Below, in pieces: positions 1 to 8,694 of a stretch of 64,000 nt of DNA. Origin of the DNA: a bacterium (GTDB lineage: Bacteria > Patescibacteriota > UBA1384 > CAILIB01); the NCBI GenBank assembly GCA_037131105.1, contig JBAXRQ010000002.1, positions 94,100-158,099 on the forward strand. The letters are read 5' to 3'. The position numbers and the translations under genes were made by a program. Numbering within the stretch: the first letter of the stretch is position 1; each line of letters starts with the position of its first letter. The notes beneath the pieces were generated by a model. That model was not told where the DNA came from and did not search any database. It was given only the letters and a program-made list of their open reading frames with translations.

Positions 1-1682
1 CCCCACTCCACTACCGTAAACCCGTTGCGAGCCCGGGCCGAGAGATGCTGGGCAGGCAGGCTCACTGACTGCTGCAATCCTTCGAAGTCCAGGAAGACGC
101 GGATCACTGTATCAGGCTTTGGAGTGACTTCCAGAGGGGCCAGACGGTTCATATCTGCAGTACCCAGCCAGGAGAGGCGTACGTACGGGGTGGTAGGCAG
201 CTTAGGCAGCCAGAAGTCCAGGAAGTCGGACTGTTCCTGCTTGTTCAGACCCAGCTGTACCAACTGCTGCTTCAGAGTGGCAGCCGCCTCGCTTCCCTTC
301 ACCACCACTCCGGAGTTGATGGTAGGATAAGTGCCGTTGCCCAGACCCTCCCAGAAGAGGTTGCCGAAGCTCTTGCCTGCGGCAGTGGTCAGTGCGCCAT
401 TTGGCTTAGCCAGAACGTTCCAGCCACCATTGTAGGCAGGCTCGGACTTGGTAATGCTCGCCCCCACCTTCACCGAGACCTGGGTGTCCTTGGTCGGATA
501 GAGGTAGACCACGGGCTTGCCGCATTCAGCTTGGGAGCCGTAGACAGAATTCCGCAACACGATCATGTTGCCGAGCGGGTCCTGGGTTAAGATGACCGGA
601 TGCTTTTTCAGGAAGTCAGCATAGCTGATGGTGATGCTCTCACCGGTCTTGGTGTCGAAATATTTTCCGTCATTGAGCATGGCATAGGCGCCCTTGGTAA
701 CAGCATTGTTGGTGTCCTTGTACTCATAGACCGCCTTACCAGCTGCCGTAGTACCGACCTGGGTGAAAAGTGAAAGATCAGGGCTAGCCACAACATTGAC
801 TCCCGAAGCCCTACCGCACGCGCCCCCTCCGTCAATCCGATAGGTGTCGGCATTCTTCGCGCCGTCCTTCCAGGTGACACTTGCCACCATACTGTCATTC
901 AGAACTGCCGAGGTGGGAGCCGTATACGTTACCGCCGTACCGTCGAAACGTCGAAGGACCAGATAATAAATCGCAGTGCCGTCATCCAAGGTCTTAGCAA
1001 ATGAATAGACCGGTCCATACGGCGTTGTATCGACAGGTTGAGCGGACTGCTTAAAGGAATCACCAGCAAAGATAGAGAAGAGGCCAGTAACTGTGCCCAC
1101 ATCCAGGTTTGCTCCCTTTACCTTTAAGGTCGTCTGTTGAGCGACCGACTGAAGAGTAACTGTGTTATTTGCAGTAACAATGCCGGCATAGCCGATATTT
1201 TCGGCGCCACCACTATTTTGAGCATATACCGCCTTATTGTATGTGGTGAGAAGAGTATAGGTTCCCTTGCTCCCAGTATCCTTCAAGAACAACTCACTAT
1301 CAGGGCCACCCAAGCCCAAAGCTACCAATTGGGTCAACACAATATCGCGACCGTTATAATCTCCTACATGGTAATAAGAGGTCTCGTCTGCACTACCGGC
1401 ATAGCCTTCAGGATAGACATACAGCTTCAGATCTGCCAGCTTCACTGGCGCAGCCAGCCACGTCACTCCTGCCTCGGCAAACGGTGTCGGCGCTGGTGTA
1501 GCCGTCGGGGTAGCCGTAGCCTTGGCACCTGCGCTTGGCGTAGGCGTTGCGGTAGTCTTGGTACTGTTCTGCTGGCCTTGGGCATACCAGGCTACCCCGG
1601 CACCGGCCACTACCACTACCGCCAACCCCACCAATACCACCGGACTAATGCCCTTTGCTGCCCCCTCCTTTTTGTTGTTCAT
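1..1682 (-). CDS. Membrane-anchored exported protein with C-terminal KPV(I/V)YLYP...EWG domain (3' end runs off window)
   Basis: Not in the ORF track because there is no stop in the window. Manual translation from ATG 1682 gives MNNKKEGAAKGISPVVLVGLAVVVVAGAGVAWY (signal anchor), a TPTP linker, then ECGKPVVYLYP...LFWEG...DFLDFWLP...PDTVIRVF...GFTVVEWG in frame at the window edge. Confidence 0.85.
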   Translation of the reverse strand, partial: MNNKKEGAAKGISPVVLVGLAVVVVAGAGVAWYAQGQQNSTKTTATPTPSAGAKATATPTATPAPTPFAEAGVTWLAAPVKLADLKLYVYPEGYAGSADETSYYHVGDYNGRDIVLTQLVALGLGGPDSELFLKDTGSKGTYTLLTTYNKAVYAQNSGGAENIGYAGIVTANNTVTLQSVAQQTTLKVKGANLDVGTVTGLFSIFAGDSFKQSAQPVDTTPYGPVYSFAKTLDDGTAIYYLVLRRFDGTAVTYTAPTSAVLNDSMVASVTWKDGAKNADTYRIDGGGACGRASGVNVVASPDLSLFTQVGTTAAGKAVYEYKDTNNAVTKGAYAMLNDGKYFDTKTGESITISYADFLKKHPVILTQDPLGNMIVLRNSVYGSQAECGKPVVYLYPTKDTQVSVKVGASITKSEPAYNGGWNVLAKPNGALTTAAGKSFGNLFWEGLGNGTYPTINSGVVVKGSEAAATLKQQLVQLGLNKQEQSDFLDFWLPKLPTTPYVRLSWLGTADMNRLAPLEVTPKPDTVIRVFLDFEGLQQSVSLPAQHLSARARNGFTVVEW

Positions 1683-1718
1683 AAAAAAGTCTAACGTTCA
1701 GTTACTTCCCAGTTTATG

Positions 1719-3479
1719 TCAGGGACGAGGAAAGTACAACTCAGTTCCCGTTTCGGTCGTCCGGAGGCTACTTTTCAGAGGGTCATATATCCGGCTCAGA
1801 CGCGTTGCCTTTTCTGCCCCCGTAAGCAGGCTGGGCGCTGACGACTTAATCCCCACCGGTAGGCCAAAGATCCGCAGCCCCTGGTCAGTAAACTCGCCCC
1901 CGACCAGCATGCCCCGCTGGGTCTCCACTGAAAAACCCTGGTCGAAGATGAGATTGCCCATGGAGTAGATGATGGGCACGCCCTTGTACAGCTCCGAGTC
2001 CTGCACCACATGGGGATGTGCCCCGATCACCAGATCAGCGCCAGCGTCGATCCAAGCATGGGCCTGGGAGGCCTGACCTGAAGAATGGGTGGTCTGGTAC
2101 TCCACTCCCCAATGGGGAAATACCAGCACCCGGTCGGAAGCCGTCTGCTTCAGCGACTTAATCAGACTGCTCAGATCAGGATTGCTGTCCAAGGTCAGTA
2201 CCGTGATCACATGCAGCGAAATACCCTGGCCGGAAATAGTCAGCGCCTTCACCGTGTCGACATCACTAGGTCCGCCCACTGGCGTCACCCCAGCCGCTGT
2301 CAGCACCGAACGGGTATTCTCGAGACCAGCTTGGCCAGCGTTCAGACTGTGGTTATTGGCCAGGCTAACCGCATTTACGTGCAGAGCCTTCACCACGTCG
2401 ATGGACTGGGGCGGGAAGTTGAAGACCAGGTTGTTTGAGGTCACGTTATTATCCACCGGACCGGAAGCTATCGGCCCCTCGTGGTTAAGCATTCCCAGAT
2501 CAGCACCCCAGAAGGTACGCGGACTGAACTTGTCCACCACCTGAGTGAACTTCCCACCGTTCTTGAAGAAATACTGGTCGGCCACCGATCTATCCAGCAT
2601 GATGTCCCCCCCTAGCAAGAACGAGACGCTGGCGGCCGGCACCGTCTTGGCGCCTGGCTCATACCAACCAAAGAGGTGGGTGGTGCCCTCCCCGTCCAGA
2701 TCCTTCACCAGCACACCAGAGTTAGTGTGGTTCTTCAGGACGAAATGGCCGGCTGCCCGGTCAGTGGCAAAGCGAGAGGCTAGCACCAGGCTTAACGGCG
2801 AGTCCACCTCAGCCACCTTGGTCAACGTATCGAGATCAAGATTGTCCAGGGCCCGGATACTGACAGCATCATGCAGCTCCCCCAGCTTGGCCGGCTGATA
2901 ATGGGAAAAGTCCACCGAGGCGATCACTAGGCAGTCAGGACAGACATCGGAGATATCGTCGGCCAGCTTAGTTGCCTGGCTCTGGGTGGCCTTTGAGCCG
3001 ATGATCAGGGGCACTATCTTGGCGCCAGGAAAGGTATGGGCGATGTCATGGAGAATATTCCTGATCCCATGCTCATTGGTAAAGCTGCCGATCTCCTCAG
3101 TTACACCGTCCTTCTCCACCCGCTTAATCAGGTCCAGATCGGGGTCAATGATACCAGCATCGGTGGACCAGCTCTGAGGTGTAGTCTGGATGGCGCCACT
3201 ACCTGACTCGTAGTGGTTAGGAGAGACCAGCACTATGGTCTTAGGCTTCAGACCAGTGGTTGCAGCCTGGGTAAAGAGCTCGGCCCGCTGAGTTGCTACC
3301 AGCTGGTGATGCGGCACAATGAGGGCCACCGGTAGTGGATTTGGCCGAGGCGTGACCGTTGCCCTCGGTACCAGTTTAGTGGGCGTATGCACGTCCACCT
3401 TATAAAAGTACCCTATCCCCACCAGAATAAGGGCCACGGAGGCTAGAGAGAAGGCCAAGGAAATGATCTGCCGTCTCAT
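1719..3479 (-). CDS. MEMO1/AmmeMemoRadiSam protein B-like domain fused to CapA (PGA_cap) metallophosphoesterase domain
   Basis: N-terminal TM. MEMO-like motifs VPHH, SPNH, EHGI, SVDFSHY. CapA motifs GGDIMLDR, NHEG, LANNH, PHWGVEY, IGAHPHV, YSMGN. Confidence 0.85.
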   Translation of the reverse strand: MRRQIISLAFSLASVALILVGIGYFYKVDVHTPTKLVPRATVTPRPNPLPVALIVPHHQLVATQRAELFTQAATTGLKPKTIVLVSPNHYESGSGAIQTTPQSWSTDAGIIDPDLDLIKRVEKDGVTEEIGSFTNEHGIRNILHDIAHTFPGAKIVPLIIGSKATQSQATKLADDISDVCPDCLVIASVDFSHYQPAKLGELHDAVSIRALDNLDLDTLTKVAEVDSPLSLVLASRFATDRAAGHFVLKNHTNSGVLVKDLDGEGTTHLFGWYEPGAKTVPAASVSFLLGGDIMLDRSVADQYFFKNGGKFTQVVDKFSPRTFWGADLGMLNHEGPIASGPVDNNVTSNNLVFNFPPQSIDVVKALHVNAVSLANNHSLNAGQAGLENTRSVLTAAGVTPVGGPSDVDTVKALTISGQGISLHVITVLTLDSNPDLSSLIKSLKQTASDRVLVFPHWGVEYQTTHSSGQASQAHAWIDAGADLVIGAHPHVVQDSELYKGVPIIYSMGNLIFDQGFSVETQRGMLVGGEFTDQGLRIFGLPVGIKSSAPSLLTGAEKATRLSRIYDPLKSSLRTTETGTELYFPRP

Positions 3480-3958
3480 TCCCCCGTCGCTACCCGGAGA
3501 ATCTCCTGCTGCAAAGTATAGGGGTCAGGGACGCTGCGGATCAGAAAGGGCTCCCCCGTGCCCGGTGTCCTGATGGTGATATCACCGAAGCCAAACAGCG
3601 TGTTGAACAGGCCTTTTACCTCATGGGATACCTGCAGCACCGCCTGAAGGCTGCATTCTACCAGCTCCCGGTTGAACGGTCCCTTCTGGGAAAGGAAGAT
3701 CACCCGCTCATTGGTAAGTAGTACCAGAGAGTTGTTCCAGGCGTGCCAAGCCAATACTCCTCGCACCACTGCTAGCACCAGGCAGAGCAAGAACAAGGCC
3801 GAAAGAAATGAATTCGAAGTAATGAAGACAAAGGCAGCTAACGGGAGCAGTAGAAGACTGCCCGCCACCATAAAGGGACGAAGCAGTACCAGGGGGTGCT
3901 GATGACTAAAGAGAACTACCTCCTCACTGTTGTGCTGGCCCTGGAAGCGATAGGACAT
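3476..3958 (-). CDS. Bacterial PH-domain membrane protein
   Basis: Two TMs followed by LTNERVI...GPFNR...FGFGDITIRT...VPDP. Confidence 0.75.
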   Translation of the reverse strand: MSYRFQGQHNSEEVVLFSHQHPLVLLRPFMVAGSLLLLPLAAFVFITSNSFLSALFLLCLVLAVVRGVLAWHAWNNSLVLLTNERVIFLSQKGPFNRELVECSLQAVLQVSHEVKGLFNTLFGFGDITIRTPGTGEPFLIRSVPDPYTLQQEILRVATGE

Positions 3959-4334
3959 ACTGTTTGATCTTCTCCACTACCGCACCGGGTAAAATGCCGC
4001 CCTTGGTGATGTAGTCACTAGCTCCAAGCTGCAGGCCCTTTGCCTGGTCGTCGATGTCTCCGAGTGCTGAAACAATGATCACTGGAATATGCTTGGTGGC
4101 AGGATCAGCCTTTACCATGGATAGGACGTCATATCCTGAGATCTTTGGGATCATGATGTCCAGCAGGATGAGCTGAGTATCAGGGTGAGCTGCCAACTGG
4201 TCCAGGGCCTGCTGTCCGTCGAAGGCCTGCACCACGTTAAAACCGGCACCGATAAAGCGGTCCAGATAGAGCTCCTGGAGGATGCGATCGTCTTCTACAA
4301 GCAGGATCTTGGCGGGGGTGGGTTGGTCGGCCAT
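3924..4334 (-). CDS. Single-domain response regulator (receiver)
   Basis: ILLVEDD, LLDIMIP, SA, DYITK motifs. Confidence 0.9.
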   Translation of the reverse strand: MADQPTPAKILLVEDDRILQELYLDRFIGAGFNVVQAFDGQQALDQLAAHPDTQLILLDIMIPKISGYDVLSMVKADPATKHIPVIIVSALGDIDDQAKGLQLGASDYITKGGILPGAVVEKIKQYVLSLPGPAQQ

Positions 4335-4363
4335 AAAGGGTAGTTAATGCTTTAGGACTTAAT

Positions 4364-4465
4364 CATTCTGGTGCGTAGCGAGGAATCCCTGAGAAACGGA
4401 GTGAGACGTACTTGTTGGTACGTTGAACGAGTATCGGAGGGGATGACGACGCTAGGCGCAGAATG
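4364..4465 (+). repeat. Intergenic structured hairpin, TGAGRC-GTA..TAC-GTYGA family
   Basis: CATTCTG/CAGAATG, TAGCG/CGCTA and ATCCC/GGGAT stems around TGAGACGTAC-ttgttg-GTACGTTGA. Confidence 0.65.
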
Positions 4466-4479
4466 GGGCCCTTCAGAAG

Positions 4480-5571
4480 TTAGTTTACTCTTTTTAGAGC
4501 ACGCTGTTCAAGAGCATAGGTGACCAGAATCAGGCCGGTCATACACACCACCAGGCCGATAGCCAGTTTGCCCTTATCGGCCGATTCAGAGCCCCGTACT
4601 GCCAGAAGGCCAAAGGTAAGTGAGAAAGCGTTGATGAGAATGACCACCTGCGGCACCGTGAAGCCTATTTTCATCAGGCGGTGGTGCAGATGACGCTGGT
4701 CGGCCATGAAGGGGCTTTGCCGGGCCCGTAGACGCCTGAAAATGACCACTAGGGCATCGAGAACCGGAATCCCCATGACCAGGGCGGCAGTAGCCACCTT
4801 GCCCCCGGAAATGATAGCAATCACCGCTAAGAGAAAACCAAGTAGCTGCGAGCCCACTGTGCCCATAAACAGCTTGGAGGGAAACCAGTTCCAGGGAAGA
4901 AAGCCCAGGGTCACCCCAAAGAGGAGTAGTGAAAGTGTCGCCGTACCCATTAGCCCCAGCTGTAGGCTCAGTAAGAACAAGGTTACCGAAGCAGTCAGGG
5001 CAATACTCCCGGCCAACCCGTCCAGTCCGTCAAACCAGTTCATGACGTTGATCATTATCATTACCCAGACCACGGTAAAGGCATCGGACCAGAATACTCC
5101 CAGCTGGAGCTCTCCACCCCAGGGTAGACGCAAGAAGGGCACAGTCACTCCTGCTGCTACCAGGATCAGTCCTGCCACTAGCTGGCCGGCCAGTTGCCCT
5201 TGCCAGGAGACACCCTTCAGATCATCCCAAAGGCCGACAATTAAGAGCAACGTCATGCCACCAAGTAGGCCCCAGACTGCCCCGTCTATACCCAGGAAAG
5301 GTGGTCTTCCAAAGTCGAGGCTCCCGTACTGTTTTCCCAGGGTTAGCAACCAGCCGAGCGTCACGACAACAGTAAGCCACATGGCTACTCCCCCTACCCG
5401 GGGCTTGCGTACCGTATGCATGTCACGGGTACGAATGCTGGGCAACAGATGGCGCTTCAGGGCCAGCTGCCTCAAGACGCCGGTCAATGCGCAGGAAAGC
5501 ACCAAGGCAAATCCCGCCAAAGCCCAGGGCTCAGGGTATCGTTCCAGCAGCCTCACCCACCATTCGAACAT
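4480..5571 (-). CDS. MraY/WecA-TagO family undecaprenyl-phosphate GlcNAc-1-phosphate transferase
   Basis: PRVGG, GLWDD, NVMNWFDGLDGL, LFMG, DQRHLHHRL motifs; polytopic. Confidence 0.9.
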   Translation of the reverse strand: MFEWWVRLLERYPEPWALAGFALVLSCALTGVLRQLALKRHLLPSIRTRDMHTVRKPRVGGVAMWLTVVVTLGWLLTLGKQYGSLDFGRPPFLGIDGAVWGLLGGMTLLLIVGLWDDLKGVSWQGQLAGQLVAGLILVAAGVTVPFLRLPWGGELQLGVFWSDAFTVVWVMIMINVMNWFDGLDGLAGSIALTASVTLFLLSLQLGLMGTATLSLLLFGVTLGFLPWNWFPSKLFMGTVGSQLLGFLLAVIAIISGGKVATAALVMGIPVLDALVVIFRRLRARQSPFMADQRHLHHRLMKIGFTVPQVVILINAFSLTFGLLAVRGSESADKGKLAIGLVVCMTGLILVTYALEQRALKRVN

Positions 5572-5584
5572 AGACTAGGGTTAC

Positions 5585-6211
5585 CTACTGGTTGCGCTTG
5601 TCGCCGAACATTATCACATGGTCAGCCCGGTCATAGTCATTCAGCTCGCTGTCCTTGAACCAGTGTTTGATTTCATGGGCGGCCTCTTCGGCGGTCTCAG
5701 AAGCATGAACGATATTGAAGATACTACGACCCTCGAGGTTCGCGGCAGTAGGAGCGTCGATGGAGAAGTCTCCTCTGATAGTACCCGGCTCAGCGAAAAC
5801 CGGCAGCGTGGCACCAACCAGCTTGCGAATGATCGAAATGGCGTGTATGCCCTCCACCACCATCGGCACTACTGGTCCAATAACCATAAAGTCCACTAGT
5901 GCCTCGCGCACCTTGGCGCCGATCTCACCAGCGTCATCAGTGCCCATATGCTCTTTAGGATCCAATTCATACTCTGCGAAAGTCTTCAGCCCTTTATTTC
6001 CTAGCCGCTCTACCCATGTAGCATCCTTCGGATAAAAAGCATCAACATGAGCGGAGGTGGCTGACATCATCTTCATGGCAATGATCTTGAGGCCGCGCTG
6101 CTCTAGGCGCTTGATTACCTCGCCGATCAGACCGCGCATGACGCCGTCTGGCTTTACCATGATAAAACTACGCTCAGTCGGCAGTTCGTGTGTCTTGTAT
6201 TTTGAAGCCAT
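5585..6211 (-). CDS. ndk: Nucleoside diphosphate kinase
   Basis: ERSFIMVKPDGV, PGTIRGDF, NIVHASE. Confidence 0.95.
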   Translation of the reverse strand: MASKYKTHELPTERSFIMVKPDGVMRGLIGEVIKRLEQRGLKIIAMKMMSATSAHVDAFYPKDATWVERLGNKGLKTFAEYELDPKEHMGTDDAGEIGAKVREALVDFMVIGPVVPMVVEGIHAISIIRKLVGATLPVFAEPGTIRGDFSIDAPTAANLEGRSIFNIVHASETAEEAAHEIKHWFKDSELNDYDRADHVIMFGDKRNQ

Positions 6212-6220
6212 GCAACGTTC

Positions 6221-7510
6221 TTACTGGTTAATATGTTCTAAGGTAAGTAGTTGAGAAAGTCCATCCGCATCCTCTTGGGGACCAATGACAGCTAACCGTA
6301 GCCACTGCTCTTGCAATAGTTCTTGTGCCACCTCACGGATCTCTTCTGCAGTAACCGCCAGGATCTTTTTCTCAATGCTCTCGGTATCCTCGATCCCCTT
6401 CTCAAGCAGGCTCTGCATGCCGTAGAACTCTGCCACCTGCTCGGAGTCCTCTAGTGAGAGCAGCATTTTGCCGAGCAGGAACTGCTGGGCCCGGTCCAAC
6501 TCTTCAGGGGTTACTAGCTCTTCGCGGATCTTGCGAAGCTCCACCATAATGGCGGCCACAGCCTGGGGCAGGCGCGCATTATCCACTCCCGCTGAAGCTA
6601 CTAGCATGCCGGTCTCACGATAGCTGTCAGGCATGGCCCGTACGTAGTAGCAGAGACCCTGCTGCTCACGTACCGAGGTAAACAGACGAGAGCTCATGTT
6701 GCCACCTAGAATAGTGGCCAGCAGCCGGTAGGGGTACTTCTTGGGATGAGCGATAGGATAACCCTTGGTGACTAGCATGAGGTGGGTCTGCTCGGAGGCC
6801 TTGTGCTCCAGCCGAACTCGCTTCTCGGTAGCCTGGTATTCAGCTACCTCAGGTTCGTAGCCCTCACCCTGGGGAAGCTCGGCGAAGAATCGCTCCACCA
6901 TCTCCTTGGCCTGGTCGAACTCAACGGCCCCGGCAATGATCACCGTGCACTTGGAGCCCATATAGAACTGCTTTCGATAGTCGCGAAAGTCCTCAGCAGT
7001 AAAAGCGGTGACACTTTCCTTGGTACCGGTAATCGGACGTCCTAGTGGTGAGTCGCCATATACTAAGTCGGCTAGCACCTGGTCTACCTTGCGCATCGGC
7101 ATGTCCTCGTACATATTGATCTCTTCGACGATCACCCCCTTCTCCTTGGTCAGCTCCTCTTCAGGGAAGGTCGCGTGCAGGACCATGTCAGAGAGCACGT
7201 CGAGACCAAGCTCCAGATGGTTGCCTGCAGTTTTGGTGTAGAAACCGGTAAACTCCTGGGCGGTGAAGGCATTGAACTCACCCCCTACGGCGTCCAGGGT
7301 CTGAGCAATCTGCTGAGCAGTAAGAAACTTACGCCCTCCTTTGAAAACCATGTGCTCGGCAAAATGAGCCAGGCCACGCTGGTGGTCGCTTTCATAACGA
7401 GAACCCACTTCCATCAGAACGATGGCCGTCACTGCAGCTGTAGCGGGGAGAGGCACCACCACTAAGGAGATACCGTTGCTGGTCGTATGCTGGATAATGG
7501 TGTGCTTCAT
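6221..7510 (-). CDS. M16 (pitrilysin) family zinc peptidase
   Basis: GLAHFAEHMVFKG (HxxEH), FNAFT, SSRLF. Confidence 0.93.
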   Translation of the reverse strand: MKHTIIQHTTSNGISLVVVPLPATAAVTAIVLMEVGSRYESDHQRGLAHFAEHMVFKGGRKFLTAQQIAQTLDAVGGEFNAFTAQEFTGFYTKTAGNHLELGLDVLSDMVLHATFPEEELTKEKGVIVEEINMYEDMPMRKVDQVLADLVYGDSPLGRPITGTKESVTAFTAEDFRDYRKQFYMGSKCTVIIAGAVEFDQAKEMVERFFAELPQGEGYEPEVAEYQATEKRVRLEHKASEQTHLMLVTKGYPIAHPKKYPYRLLATILGGNMSSRLFTSVREQQGLCYYVRAMPDSYRETGMLVASAGVDNARLPQAVAAIMVELRKIREELVTPEELDRAQQFLLGKMLLSLEDSEQVAEFYGMQSLLEKGIEDTESIEKKILAVTAEEIREVAQELLQEQWLRLAVIGPQEDADGLSQLLTLEHINQ

Positions 7511-7561
7511 AGGGGGTGACGCGGATACGCTGAGTTGACCGCACCGTGAAGTGCGGATTGT

Positions 7562-7727
7562 CTAGGATCTATCTCACGATTGCTTAAAGAATGGAATTTC
7601 CACTGTATGAGACGAAAGTGGTGAGAGACAAGGAGTCGTATCGGATATACGGCGACGAGTCTCAAGCCGCTTACAGTCCGTACGGTGGGAATTCCACTTA
7701 CTTTAGTAATCGTGAGATAGATCCTAG
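7562..7727 (+). repeat. Long (~165 bp) imperfect palindrome between divergent genes
   Basis: CTAGGATCTATCTCACGATTGCT / AGTAATCGTGAGATAGATCCTAG arms, inner GGAATTTCCACTGTATG/CGTACGGTGGGAATTCC, apex GGAGTCGTAT-cggat-ATACGGCGA. Confidence 0.85.
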
Positions 7728-7807
7728 CTGCTTCTACATTAGCAAGTTGTCCTTTACGAAGCCAGCTCTGGCCGATATAGTGGTCTTAGCTTTTAGTAAC
7801 TGCGATC

Positions 7808-8437
7808 ATGCTGCACATCGACCTGAATAACATCCTGTCCGAGGAAGACGCACTCCAGAAGATTTCCGACATCTTTACCAAGGTGGAGAATGAAAAGGTA
7901 ACCTATGTACTCACCAAATCAGGCCGTCCGGTACTGGCTATCGTGGACATCGACCAGCTTGAGCAGAATTTCAAGACCGTTGGTATCGATGCGCCTGCTG
8001 CACCCGTAGAGATGCCTGCCGTCCAGCCGACCATGCCCAGCCTCACCGCTTCGCCCTCCGCTTCCATGCCCACAATGTCTGAATCCACTTCTCCAGCCGC
8101 CGCCTCAGCTATCATTAGTCCTACTATGGCGGCACCGGCTCCCGTGGCACCTCCCGTCCCTATGGCGGCTCCAGATCCCATGGCTGCACCTGCCAACCCT
8201 ATCAACGCTCCTTGGGCCGAAGAACTCCCTGATGAGACTGCTCCCGTAGCCGCTCCTGTTGTCGCTCCTGTCGCGCCGGCTGCTCCACCAGTCGATCCAG
8301 CGGCTCCCGCACCAGCTACTGATCCTGCCGCCGCCGTCACCCCGCAGGCACCACCTGCCGGCGTGCCGCCTATCAATGGCAGTCTAGAGCTACCCGAAAT
8401 GCCCGAAGACCCAACTAATAGTTCCCCTCTCGCGTAA
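7808..8437 (+). CDS. Phd/YefM-like N-terminal domain with long Pro/Ala-rich disordered tail
   Basis: ISDIFTKVENEKVTYVLTKSGRPVLAIVDI matches the Phd pattern; about 150 aa P/A-rich tail. Confidence 0.65.
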   Translation: MLHIDLNNILSEEDALQKISDIFTKVENEKVTYVLTKSGRPVLAIVDIDQLEQNFKTVGIDAPAAPVEMPAVQPTMPSLTASPSASMPTMSESTSPAAASAIISPTMAAPAPVAPPVPMAAPDPMAAPANPINAPWAEELPDETAPVAAPVVAPVAPAAPPVDPAAPAPATDPAAAVTPQAPPAGVPPINGSLELPEMPEDPTNSSPLA

Positions 8438-8442
8438 GACGT

Positions 8443-8567
8443 CACATACGTTCATAGGAAACTTTTGAGACGTATCCTGAAGGGATACTGTAGACAGGCT
8501 CCCTTGAGTCGATCAGTTTCCTGGGAATGTATGTGCGGCGACTCTCCGGAGTACGTCTCAAAAGTTT
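8443..8567 (+). repeat. Structured repeat (TTGAGAC-GTATCCT-GAA-GGGATAC-N-CTTGAGTCGATC) plus inverted partial copy
   Basis: Same core as copies at 42.6-43.1 kb; outer arms CACATACGTTCATAGGAAAC/GTTTCCTGGGAATGTATGTG. Confidence 0.85.
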
Positions 8568-8646
8568 TTGATGGAAAGCCGTATGACAGCTTAGACTATT
8601 TGAACGGACGCCGTGCGCTCATAATGACGACACGTGCCGGACCAGG

Positions 8647-8677
8647 TAAAAGGACTCCTTAATCAGGAGTCCTTTTA
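8647..8677. terminator. Bidirectional intrinsic terminator
   Basis: TAAAAGGACTCCT-taatc-AGGAGTCCTTTTA between convergent genes. Confidence 0.85.
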
Positions 8678-8694
8678 CAGCCCAACAGAAAATT

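Noticed and set aside
1137-1694. 185-aa plus-strand ORF and other long antisense ORFs (e.g. 4706-5578, 29245-30024)
   Set aside because: Shadows of real genes on the opposite strand
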